Shown here piece after piece: positions 34,411 to 42,848 of a stretch of DNA of 43,106 nucleotides. The translations under genes were made by a program, and so were the position numbers. The stretch comes from an uncultured Bacillales bacterium (GTDB lineage Bacteria; Bacillota_I; Bacilli_A; RFN20; CAG-826): positions 1 through 43,106 of the forward strand of contig CAMOYS010000002.1 of NCBI GenBank assembly GCA_946630435.1, read 5' to 3'. The first letter of the stretch is position 1, and every line of letters starts with the position of its first letter. The notes under the pieces were generated by a model that was given only the letters and a program-made list of their open reading frames with translations, was not told the origin of the DNA and searched no databases.

Positions 34411-34439
34411 ATTATCTATTAAAGATAAAGATTTTTCAA
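34411..34439 (-). promoter_or_regulatory. candidate sigma-A promoter of the STAS/PP2C/alarmone operon
   Basis: Minus strand: TTGAAA (34434-34439), 17-nt spacer, GATAAT (34411-34416). It lies between the upstream terminator and the STAS start codon. Confidence 0.4.
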
Positions 34440-34483
34440 TTCATTGTTTGTTTAATGTTCATTTTTTATTAATGAAAAATGAT

Positions 34484-34523
34484 GAAAATAAAATAGGAAC
34501 TCGTCCAATCGAGGCGAGTTCCT
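34484..34523 (-). terminator. Rho-independent terminator after the lipoprotein gene
   Basis: AGGAACTCG (34495-34503) / CGAGTTCCT (34515-34523), extendable to 11 bp with one G.U pair. Followed on the minus strand by ATTTTATTTT. Confidence 0.65.
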
Positions 34524-34585
34524 ATATGAAATTTAATTATTTTGCAATTTTGGAATTGGTTTGATAATTTGTTAAGAAAATTTAC

Positions 34586-36844
34586 TTATTGAGGTAATGA
34601 TAAATTGGACATTCCAAGGACAATAGCCATTCCCATGTAATAGATTGTAACATGATCATTAGCCTTTTGAATGAAGGAATCAGCGGCTTCAACTTTCTCA
34701 TAATCTGTACCACCTTTTTGAGTGTTTTCAACAGCAGATTGAGTCATTCTTTGTAAACCATTTGCTGGAACACCGTCATAGTAAGCATAACCACCAGCAG
34801 TTTCAAAGACAGGAGCAGATGCAGAATTAAGTCCTCTAATTAAAGCATGATTTCTTACTTGTTCAACATAAGATGGTGTACCTTCAGAAAGTAAACTAAG
34901 GATAACAAGTTGGAATTGAGCAGGATCGCTAATTTGATATTTAGCCATTAATTCAGCCACTATTTTAGAGGCTTCTTCATCACCAGTTTCTGCTTTTTGT
35001 AAGTTTTCGGCAATGTATTTAGCTTCATTAAAGTTTGTGTTATCTGGTTGACTATAATTGAATTTATCAACTGTTTCACTATTCTTAATAATAACTTCAC
35101 CACAAGTTGGAACATTAGAAATACCAGCGACACTACCAGACTTATTAAAGGCAACGAAATTTAAGAATGTCTTTTCTGGAACTGGAAATAATGATGGGAT
35201 TCCTGTTTCTGGTGGGAAAGCTTTTGGATTAACAATTGTTGGATTGCCATTGACATCATAAGCGAATGATTTACCGAATGGAACGAATAAATCAGACATA
35301 GCTTTGATTTGTGGTGCTAATACATTAGCGCCAAATTGGACAAACCAAGCTTCTTCACCGGTAATATAGTTAACTAAACTACAATCTTCAAAGACGCATT
35401 TACCAACGTTACCATTTGGAGTGTAGCAAGGAACATTTACGTCTTCCGCAAATTGGAATTGGCTGACTGTTTCAGCACCTTCTTCAGGAATATCAGTATG
35501 GTCTTGAATAACAATTGGACCACCACATTTAGAGAATTCACTATTCTTAGCATTAATTAATGAACCAGCGTTATAGAAGAAAGAATTATAGTTGTCATAA
35601 CTCTTACATTTATCAACTTCAAAGACAAATTCATTTGAACAATGCTCTGCAAAATAGTTGATAAAGTTAGAACGAGAAATAACGTTATAAGCAGTAGTCT
35701 TAATAGCATCATAACCAGCTTTATTAAAGATTAAACCACCAGCATATTTGTTGTCTTCATTGCTTTGAGCAAGAGGAGCGTTACCAGTAATATTAATGTT
35801 TCTAACATTAAAGATACCATTTCTAGTACGAATTAAGGCTGTGTGAGATAAAGGTTTGTCAGTTTCTGTATCTTCATTACGAACATTAAGTGGTAATTGA
35901 GAGAAATCAAGTTTGAAGTAATTACCATTTAAAGTTAATTCGGTATTGGAAATATGACCATAAACGTGGGCGGTATCTTTATAAGTTCCATAATATTTTG
36001 GATCAACACCATCAGCTTCACTATAAATATATTCGCTAGGAATATCGTTAGCGGTAATTGAAATATTTTGGTGCAAGATAACTGCACTTGGATCTAATTC
36101 AGTTGACATACCGTTAGCAGTTTTAAATGCATCCCAAACATGTTTGAGACCACCAACGTTTCCTGGGTGCCAATCGTTATCAGCGACATCACCATGTCTA
36201 TCATCAAGATAACCAAGTTCTTTAGCGGTATAAGCGTTATAACCATCGATAACTTGAACTTCATAAGTAACTTTAAAGTTTTCATTAGCTTTTTGTTCAT
36301 TAGTTAAACCACCTGGCATAACAGTTACTCTAAAGGTTTTGCCAACAGCGTTAACGCCAAATTTAACGTCGCATGTTCTAGCGTTTTCAATTTTAAAGTC
36401 ATCGCTAGTAGCAGGAACAAATTCACCTTTATCGTTTTTAACAGTAAGGGAGAATTCATAATCATAATCCCATTCATCTTGATTATGTTCATTTAAGTTT
36501 TGATCAAAGACATGGAATTGTGGCTTAAAGTTAACTGCATTATCATCACCGACAAAGTAACCTTGAGTGCGGTCCATAAATTCTTCACGTTTTTCCGACT
36601 TTTCTTTAATGTTAGAAGCGTAATCAATAAAGGATTGTCTTTTAGTGACTGGAGCAGCGATTTTTAAAGTTACTTCTTCTTCACTAGTGGTAGATGTTGT
36701 TTCACTAGTAGTTTCGCTTGTTGTTTCACTTGTTGTTGTGGAAGTATCTTCACTAGAACTAGTTGGAGATGGATTTTGACCACAAGAAGCAAGGATTAAA
36801 GAAGTAACACTAAGTAGTAACAATTTATGTAATTTTTGTTTCAT
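34586..36844 (-). CDS. large surface lipoprotein (about 750 aa), function unknown, possible beta-helix-like repeats
   Basis: Start at ATG 36842-36844 (MKQKLHK...), preceded by GGAGGATATAAC. Lipobox LILASC with the Cys codon at 36782-36784, followed by an S/T/E-rich linker. NINITGN- and NGNYF-type segments hint at a parallel beta-helix, which is weak evidence. Confidence 0.8.
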   Translation of the reverse strand: MKQKLHKLLLLSVTSLILASCGQNPSPTSSSEDTSTTTSETTSETTSETTSTTSEEEVTLKIAAPVTKRQSFIDYASNIKEKSEKREEFMDRTQGYFVGDDNAVNFKPQFHVFDQNLNEHNQDEWDYDYEFSLTVKNDKGEFVPATSDDFKIENARTCDVKFGVNAVGKTFRVTVMPGGLTNEQKANENFKVTYEVQVIDGYNAYTAKELGYLDDRHGDVADNDWHPGNVGGLKHVWDAFKTANGMSTELDPSAVILHQNISITANDIPSEYIYSEADGVDPKYYGTYKDTAHVYGHISNTELTLNGNYFKLDFSQLPLNVRNEDTETDKPLSHTALIRTRNGIFNVRNINITGNAPLAQSNEDNKYAGGLIFNKAGYDAIKTTAYNVISRSNFINYFAEHCSNEFVFEVDKCKSYDNYNSFFYNAGSLINAKNSEFSKCGGPIVIQDHTDIPEEGAETVSQFQFAEDVNVPCYTPNGNVGKCVFEDCSLVNYITGEEAWFVQFGANVLAPQIKAMSDLFVPFGKSFAYDVNGNPTIVNPKAFPPETGIPSLFPVPEKTFLNFVAFNKSGSVAGISNVPTCGEVIIKNSETVDKFNYSQPDNTNFNEAKYIAENLQKAETGDEEASKIVAELMAKYQISDPAQFQLVILSLLSEGTPSYVEQVRNHALIRGLNSASAPVFETAGGYAYYDGVPANGLQRMTQSAVENTQKGGTDYEKVEAADSFIQKANDHVTIYYMGMAIVLGMSNLSLPQ
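36699..36734 (-). repeat. three imperfect tandem 12-nt units encoding a (T-T-S-E)n linker
   Basis: Plus strand reads gtttcactagta / gtttcgcttgtt / gtttcacttgtt. It translates on the minus strand as TTSETTSETTSETTS, directly after the lipobox. Confidence 0.8.
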
Positions 36845-36949
36845 GTTATATCCTCCGCGCTTTATAAGCGCCAAAAAATCATAACCCTTATTAAAAATAA
36901 AAGCAATAAATAAAGAGGATTGGAGAGAAATAATTAGAATAAAAAAATT

Positions 36950-37387
36950 CTAGAAAGCTGCAACTGTAACAGGAACTTGGTATTTTTGGCCATCTGTTGA
37001 TTCGACCGAGAATTTAGCAACTGTACCAGCACCCTGGAATGTAACATTGAGATAGAATTGGTCCACTATATCAACTTCAAATGCAGTTTGTTCTTCATCA
37101 TAAACGACATTGATACTTGGGAAAGTAGTGTTTGTTGGATAAACTTCAGCTTTAAGCTGGACAATCATATCTTCTTTATAAGTAACAATAAATCGATAGT
37201 CTTTTTCGGTTTTGGTGTAATCAGTAACATCTTGAATATCGATACCTTCTTGAGTAGGAACGACAATCTTAATTTCTTCAACATAAATATCCTTGTTATA
37301 GCCTTTAATAGATATGCCGAAAAGTCCAACGACAAGGAAGGATACAATATAAACTAGAACCACTAATAAGATCGTCGACTTTTTCAT
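36950..37387 (-). CDS. small N-terminally membrane-anchored protein with an Ig-like/beta-sandwich-looking ectodomain
   Basis: 145 aa. One N-terminal TM helix (ILLVVLVYIVSFLVVGLFGI), then a beta-rich region. Starts 6 nt after the upstream permease-like gene ends. Confidence 0.55.
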   Translation of the reverse strand: MKKSTILLVVLVYIVSFLVVGLFGISIKGYNKDIYVEEIKIVVPTQEGIDIQDVTDYTKTEKDYRFIVTYKEDMIVQLKAEVYPTNTTFPSINVVYDEEQTAFEVDIVDQFYLNVTFQGAGTVAKFSVESTDGQKYQVPVTVAAF

Positions 37388-37393
37388 ACTTAC

Positions 37394-39121
37394 CTACTTT
37401 TCATAATAATACGCTTTAACATAAAGAATATATAAAAGGATACACGCTCCAAAGAATAAGACGCTCACGATAATAATGCGCACAAAAGCCGCAGTGAAAT
37501 CGTTATAAAGATTATTTGCTTCAGTTAAGAAGAACCAGGAAATAAAGGCTAAGGCAAATGAAACAATAAAGCCCACAATGGTAGATATTCTTTCATTTGG
37601 ATTAGATATTTGTTCACCATTTGTCGCATATTCTTCGTTTTGTGGATTCATTAAATCTTTGGTAGCACTAAAGAAGATGTGTCCGTATTGAATTAAAAGA
37701 ACGCTGATAGCGACTGCAATTGGAGGGAAAATACCAATATTAGCGAAGTTTCCAAAGACAATAGCACAGCCAATAATAGATGGGATTGAAAGCGATAAAT
37801 TAAAGAATAATTTTGAGGTTAATGGAAGGAAGACATTTATCGGTTTTGTTTTCTTTAAATACGCGGTTCTCCCCTCTTTTGAATACATTGTGGCTACTAA
37901 ACTGTTGCTAGCGAGGTATGGAAGAACGATTAAAAGGATGTTAACAGAATAGGTTAAAATATCACCTTCTAAACGAGTATCAATCGCCGCAAATACCTTA
38001 TCTAAGAAATAAAGCATTAAAGGGGTGACAATATAGACAATTAAGTAAGAGCCAGATATTTCGATATCTCTAAAAGATAGCTTAAATTCTTTGTTAGTGA
38101 AGGTAATAAATTTTTTAAGTTTTTTATTCTTTTTACTCGCACCAAACGTGGTCTTATCAAACTCGAAGGTCTTAGTCATCATGTTGAAGTAGAATGGCTT
38201 GATAACAATATAAGCTAAGCCTTCTAAAGCAAGTAAAATTCCAATAATAATTAAGAAATTAAGGAAACAGGTTCCGTCTAATCGATAAATAGATGCGGCG
38301 GTTCGATTACCAAACATTGTAATAACAACAAATTTGAATGGATAAATGTAGTTATTAAAGTTATTTACGTTATTTTGAATATCATTTTTAATCGATGGCC
38401 ATTCATTAAATAAATCGATATTTTCTGGGATTAAACTAATGACATAAATGACTAGGATGATACCTAAAACAGTAATCGTTAATAAAAGAATCATCTCTGA
38501 AATTGGATATGATTTTAAGAATTTATAAATGTAAAGAAGTGGGATAGATAAGAAGGCCGCTAAAATGACAAAAGCAACATTAGTGAAAATGATAACAATT
38601 AGTGAAAAGAAGAGAGAACCTATTGTTATTTGACCAATTGAAGAGGTAATAATACCAAATCCCACAGTAACTGGAATGATAATTTCAAACGACTTAAAGA
38701 AGTCCTGAATTATATAGACAGTTAACTTCGAAAAGAATAGTCCTGATGAGTTAACTGGCATTGTTACTAAGAAGCGATTATCATCTGCATAATATAAATC
38801 TTTCATTAGCCCATATGTATTCGATAAAAGATTCATCACCATAAAGATGAAGAAGAAAACGATATAAAGGTTAACGAATTCAGTTTTTGTGATAATAGAG
38901 AAAGCATTAATGATAAAGAATAAGACTGCAACTAAAGCGGCAACTATAACAAAACGTAAGCCAAAGAAAACTGACTTTTGAATAATTGTTTTCTTGTCTA
39001 AAGATCCATCACTTTTATGGATGGAGAATTTCATCTTATCTTTAATCTGTAAAAGCGTAACCGCTAAAAAAGATTTAAAGGAAGATTTATCTTTTTCTTT
39101 AGAAATAGCTTTACTCTTCAT
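37394..39121 (-). CDS. polytopic membrane protein, probable permease partner of the upstream ABC ATPase fusion
   Basis: 575 aa with 12 or more hydrophobic helices. Starts 13 nt after the ABC-fusion gene ends. No diagnostic motif; the call rests on context. Confidence 0.5.
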   Translation of the reverse strand: MKSKAISKEKDKSSFKSFLAVTLLQIKDKMKFSIHKSDGSLDKKTIIQKSVFFGLRFVIVAALVAVLFFIINAFSIITKTEFVNLYIVFFFIFMVMNLLSNTYGLMKDLYYADDNRFLVTMPVNSSGLFFSKLTVYIIQDFFKSFEIIIPVTVGFGIITSSIGQITIGSLFFSLIVIIFTNVAFVILAAFLSIPLLYIYKFLKSYPISEMILLLTITVLGIILVIYVISLIPENIDLFNEWPSIKNDIQNNVNNFNNYIYPFKFVVITMFGNRTAASIYRLDGTCFLNFLIIIGILLALEGLAYIVIKPFYFNMMTKTFEFDKTTFGASKKNKKLKKFITFTNKEFKLSFRDIEISGSYLIVYIVTPLMLYFLDKVFAAIDTRLEGDILTYSVNILLIVLPYLASNSLVATMYSKEGRTAYLKKTKPINVFLPLTSKLFFNLSLSIPSIIGCAIVFGNFANIGIFPPIAVAISVLLIQYGHIFFSATKDLMNPQNEEYATNGEQISNPNERISTIVGFIVSFALAFISWFFLTEANNLYNDFTAAFVRIIIVSVLFFGACILLYILYVKAYYYEK

Positions 39122-39134
39122 CTTTCTCCTTTCA

Positions 39135-41330
39135 TTAATCTTTTAAACGAGGATCATCTTCGTTATTACCGATTTTTTCCATATAGAATTCTTCGAGAGT
39201 TTTACCACTCTTTTCGATTTCTTCTAAGGTATAAACACATTCAATATGACCGTGCTTAATAATGGCGATACGGTCACAAAGTTTTTCAACAATATCAATT
39301 AAGTGAGAGGAGAAGAAGACGATATTTCCTTCTTCAGCGTGTTTTCTCATACATTCTTTAACTTGGAAAATAGAGGTTGGATCTAAACCCGTTAAAGGTT
39401 CATCAAGAATCCAAACTTTAGGATTATGGATGAGCGCGGCAATAATAGTGACTTTTTGTTTCATCCCGTGGGAATAAGTCTTAATTTTGTTATCGATATT
39501 ATCTTTGAGTTCAAATAGTTCGATATATTTAGCTAATCTAGCATCACGGTCTTCTTTACTAACTTCATAAATATCAGCGATGTAATTTAAGTATTCTCGA
39601 CCAGTTAATTTTTCATATAAAGCATAGTGATCTGGAACAAAGCCAATTAAGCTTTTGGCGTATACTGGTTGACTCTTAACGTTATAGCCACAAACATAAA
39701 TTTCCCCGCTAGTAATCGGCTGGATTCCAACAATTGACTTAATAATCGTGGATTTACCTGCCCCATTAGGACCTAAGAAACCAAACACTTCCCCACCCTT
39801 AACTACGAGGTTTGCGTCTTTAACTGCATAGTGCTTACTTAAACCATATTTTTTAGAGAAATCTTTTAACTCTAATTTAATTCCAACATTTCCTTCCATA
39901 GGTTCACTAATGCTCCTTCCATTTAAAACACTCTTAAGTGCGATTTGATCTAATTTAATGCCTTTCAACTTGAGATGTAAGGCGTAATGTCTATCAGATA
40001 TATCAAAACCAAGTTGATAAATAAACCACATTCCAAAGCCCACTAAAACATAAACGATAAAATAGATTGCTTGATATATTGGGTGGAATGTAAATTGTTT
40101 TTCGTTAATTGTAAAAGTAAAGGAAATTCTAAATATGTTTTTAGCCCATTCACCAAGTTTGTCAGCGATAAATAACGAGTTAATGAAGAAGAAATCGGTT
40201 GGATGATCAAACGCGGTGAATAATGGGTTAAGAATTAATACCGTAATAAAGTAGCCAAGGAAGGCCAAAGATGAGAAGAAATATTGTTTAAGTTTTGGTC
40301 TATCAAATAAGTGAAGTGCAACACATAGAAGTGGCATAATACACGCAATAACATGGTTATACCAGAATAAAACAATATGTGGATTAAATAAGGTTGAGGT
40401 AGATGGATAATCAGGCATTAGCATTGCTAAAGCTGCACCAAAGACATTGATAAAGTAGGTGAAATAGAATAGCCTTTTAAGCTTAAATATCATGGTTATT
40501 GGGATAATAATCATTGCCATGTTACATAAGTGGAAAGGCCATCCCCACGGATACATTAAGACATCGTATTTAGAGTAATAGAAATATCCAATCGAGGTAC
40601 CTACTGCGATAAATATTAAAGCGGCTTCAATTTTATCTTTATGCGCTTTTCTTAAACCAAAATATAAAGAAAATGGAAGAAGGATTAAGAAAAGATAGAT
40701 GAACATTCTATGAGATATTGAAAAGTTAATTGGGTGATTATAGATACTGCCTAAACCAAAGACAAACATTGGGAAACTAGCCGGCATAGTAGCAAAGTTT
40801 AATAAAACTGATACAGTAGCAACTTCCCCATAAGAATGTTTTGAGATCTTAACTTTGTAGTCTTTAAACCAATAATAAATTGAAATAGTTAAGCCTAATG
40901 CAATCTCCACTGGAAGCATGAAATATGTTAAGGAATAATTCGTATTTCCCTGCATCATTTCGAGCATTGGAAGCATTAAAAAGGTGCACACTAAAAAGAT
41001 AGGACTAGCAATAAATTTGGCATACCATTTCATCGTTTTATAATGGTAGTTTGGTCTTAAAAACAATATAAGAAGTGCCGTTAATTCAAACCAAATGGCA
41101 AAATTACCTAAGATATTTAATGGGGTGGACATTGTCCCACCGAAGTGTGCGTATATAGCAAAGTTTTCATCAATTCCCTGGACTTCAGTGTAACTAAAAT
41201 ATCTAACAGCGAAGACCGCCATTAAGATATAGGTTAAGATACGTTCAAAAATAAGTTTTCTTTTATTAACAAAAACTCCCATCAAGATGAGAGAGATAAA
41301 TAATACTCCAAAGAAAACTAAATAAATCAT
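39135..41330 (-). CDS. fusion of a ~470-aa polytopic membrane domain (unknown family) with an ABC-2/DrrA-class ATPase domain
   Basis: The C-terminal NBD has Walker A GPNGAGKST, signature-like YSHGMKQK, Walker B VWILDEPLTGLD and H-loop FSSH. The N-terminal domain has about 12 TM helices and a WPFHLCNMAM motif that I can only loosely relate to YwaF/TMEM164-like membrane proteins. Confidence 0.75.
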   Translation of the reverse strand: MIYLVFFGVLFISLILMGVFVNKRKLIFERILTYILMAVFAVRYFSYTEVQGIDENFAIYAHFGGTMSTPLNILGNFAIWFELTALLILFLRPNYHYKTMKWYAKFIASPIFLVCTFLMLPMLEMMQGNTNYSLTYFMLPVEIALGLTISIYYWFKDYKVKISKHSYGEVATVSVLLNFATMPASFPMFVFGLGSIYNHPINFSISHRMFIYLFLILLPFSLYFGLRKAHKDKIEAALIFIAVGTSIGYFYYSKYDVLMYPWGWPFHLCNMAMIIIPITMIFKLKRLFYFTYFINVFGAALAMLMPDYPSTSTLFNPHIVLFWYNHVIACIMPLLCVALHLFDRPKLKQYFFSSLAFLGYFITVLILNPLFTAFDHPTDFFFINSLFIADKLGEWAKNIFRISFTFTINEKQFTFHPIYQAIYFIVYVLVGFGMWFIYQLGFDISDRHYALHLKLKGIKLDQIALKSVLNGRSISEPMEGNVGIKLELKDFSKKYGLSKHYAVKDANLVVKGGEVFGFLGPNGAGKSTIIKSIVGIQPITSGEIYVCGYNVKSQPVYAKSLIGFVPDHYALYEKLTGREYLNYIADIYEVSKEDRDARLAKYIELFELKDNIDNKIKTYSHGMKQKVTIIAALIHNPKVWILDEPLTGLDPTSIFQVKECMRKHAEEGNIVFFSSHLIDIVEKLCDRIAIIKHGHIECVYTLEEIEKSGKTLEEFYMEKIGNNEDDPRLKD

Positions 41331-41465
41331 AAGGCGGGAAAACCTAACCTATATTATACACTTGCTTATTATTTTTTTAATAAAAAGCAAAATTTGATGA
41401 ATAAAATTAGATAATGGAAACTAAAAGAAAAGGCTTTTAATTAAGCCAATTCTTTTGAACTTATA

Positions 41466-42089
41466 TTATTCGAAAAGCCATTTTAGGTTATCGTAATTTA
41501 AGTATGTCTTTTCCCAACAGTTATGATCACACTCTGGGTAAATAGTTAATGTAACATCAGTTCCTGCTTCTTTAAGTCTAGAATACATTCTTCTAGCTTC
41601 TTCAGGAAATACTGCAACATCTTTTTCGCCATGGAAGATTCTGAATTTAATATTTTTCATTTGAAAAGCATTCCAATACATTCCACCACCGCAGCAGACA
41701 ATGGCTTTATTAAACAATAAAGGTTCATTCATCATCACTTGATAAATCGCATAACCACCCATTGAAATACCAGAGGCATTGAATTTGGTTTTATCAACGT
41801 AATCTTCATTATAAATGTAACGAACGAAATCCATTAAACGGGAGAAATTATAAAACCAGGTATCATCTTCGCATTGAGGAATAACAGTAAAGCCATTTGC
41901 TAATGGGCTATCACCTTTATTTAGTAAAGCGATGATACAAGAATCTTCAAATCCTTTAAAATCTTTTCCTCTACTACCTGCGCCATGAAGATGAAACATA
42001 ACTGGATATTTTTTACCCTTTTCATAGTTAAGTGGATAGTAAAGCAAATATCTTTGTCCGTTATGTTCTAGTTTTTCGAATTTAATCAT
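41466..42089 (-). CDS. alpha/beta-hydrolase fold esterase (phospholipase/carboxylesterase-like)
   Basis: HLHGAGSRG oxyanion region, nucleophile elbow GISMGG, HGEKD acid, CDHNCW His. 207 aa. Confidence 0.7.
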   Translation of the reverse strand: MIKFEKLEHNGQRYLLYYPLNYEKGKKYPVMFHLHGAGSRGKDFKGFEDSCIIALLNKGDSPLANGFTVIPQCEDDTWFYNFSRLMDFVRYIYNEDYVDKTKFNASGISMGGYAIYQVMMNEPLLFNKAIVCCGGGMYWNAFQMKNIKFRIFHGEKDVAVFPEEARRMYSRLKEAGTDVTLTIYPECDHNCWEKTYLNYDNLKWLFE

Positions 42090-42846
42090 ACAAATTATAT
42101 CCCTTATTTAACTCAATTGTTTTCTTAGCAATTTCATTTAATTGTTCAAGTTCTTCCTTACTTACTGGAGGAGTATTTGCATCGTAAGTGTGGCCACTTG
42201 GATGAAAGTTTTTCATATCTAAATTTTTCACTCCAGTTAAGAAATAAACCCACACAAGTCCAGTCAATGTTCTTCCACGTTCATTCAAATGGAAGCCATC
42301 ACGATCTAAAGTATCACCATAAATTTTACGGGCTTCTTTAATTGCTGTGCCACTTGGAATAATGTATTTAATTCCACTGATTTTACTTACTTCTTCATAA
42401 GCTTTATCAATATCATTTGTCATTGCATCTTGATCCATTGGGTTTGAGCCATATTTTTCATGAGAATATGATTTAGAATAGCTCCATGTTTTATGAAGAA
42501 GATTAGTTGCAAGGGTAAAGTTTCTAATTCCTTTTAGAAGCTTAGTTAATTCAGGGAAGAATGTTTTTGAATCAACTGAATCGCCACTTCTTTGTTGGAA
42601 AGTGACATAATCCCATTTCTTATAAGCTAATCCTTGTTGAATCGAAACAGAATTAATATATTTGCCATTTTCATAAAATTCATAAGCAATCTCACCGCTT
42701 AAAAAGTTCTTCCAATGTAAGCTAATTGGGCATCCGCCGATATATAAAACATAGACATTGATATCTAGTCCGTTTGCCTTAGCAATTTCATGGATATAAG
42801 TATGGGTATCAACTGCAAAAGAATTTCCTACGCATAAAACATTCAT
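42082..42846 (-). CDS. DUF4886-type SGNH-like hydrolase family protein
   Basis: MNVLCVGNSFAVDTHTYIHEIAKANGLDINVYVLYIGGCPISLHW matches the N-terminal pattern I recall for DUF4886 proteins (GNSFS.D...YL..IA...G......LYIGGCSL..H). Overlaps the esterase gene by 8 nt. Confidence 0.6.
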   Translation of the reverse strand: MNVLCVGNSFAVDTHTYIHEIAKANGLDINVYVLYIGGCPISLHWKNFLSGEIAYEFYENGKYINSVSIQQGLAYKKWDYVTFQQRSGDSVDSKTFFPELTKLLKGIRNFTLATNLLHKTWSYSKSYSHEKYGSNPMDQDAMTNDIDKAYEEVSKISGIKYIIPSGTAIKEARKIYGDTLDRDGFHLNERGRTLTGLVWVYFLTGVKNLDMKNFHPSGHTYDANTPPVSKEELEQLNEIAKKTIELNKGYNLYD

Positions 42847-42848
42847 AG

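Noticed and set aside
36857-36871. A perfect hairpin, GCGCTT-tat-AAGCGC, abutting the lipoprotein Shine-Dalgarno sequence (GGAGG), considered as a terminator for the upstream 145-aa gene.
   Set aside because: On the minus (transcribed) strand the U-run comes before the stem rather than after it. On the plus strand the stem is followed by an A-run. It therefore does not fit an intrinsic terminator. It may be a 5' stabilising stem-loop or have no function, and the sequence alone cannot decide.
41432-41447. A GGCTT-ttaatt-AAGCC hairpin after the esterase gene, considered as a terminator, and a TATAAT at 41353-41358 (minus strand), considered as the promoter of the ABC-fusion operon.
   Set aside because: The stem is only 5 bp in AT-rich context and no convincing -35 element is present. 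Both are plausible but too weak to list as features.
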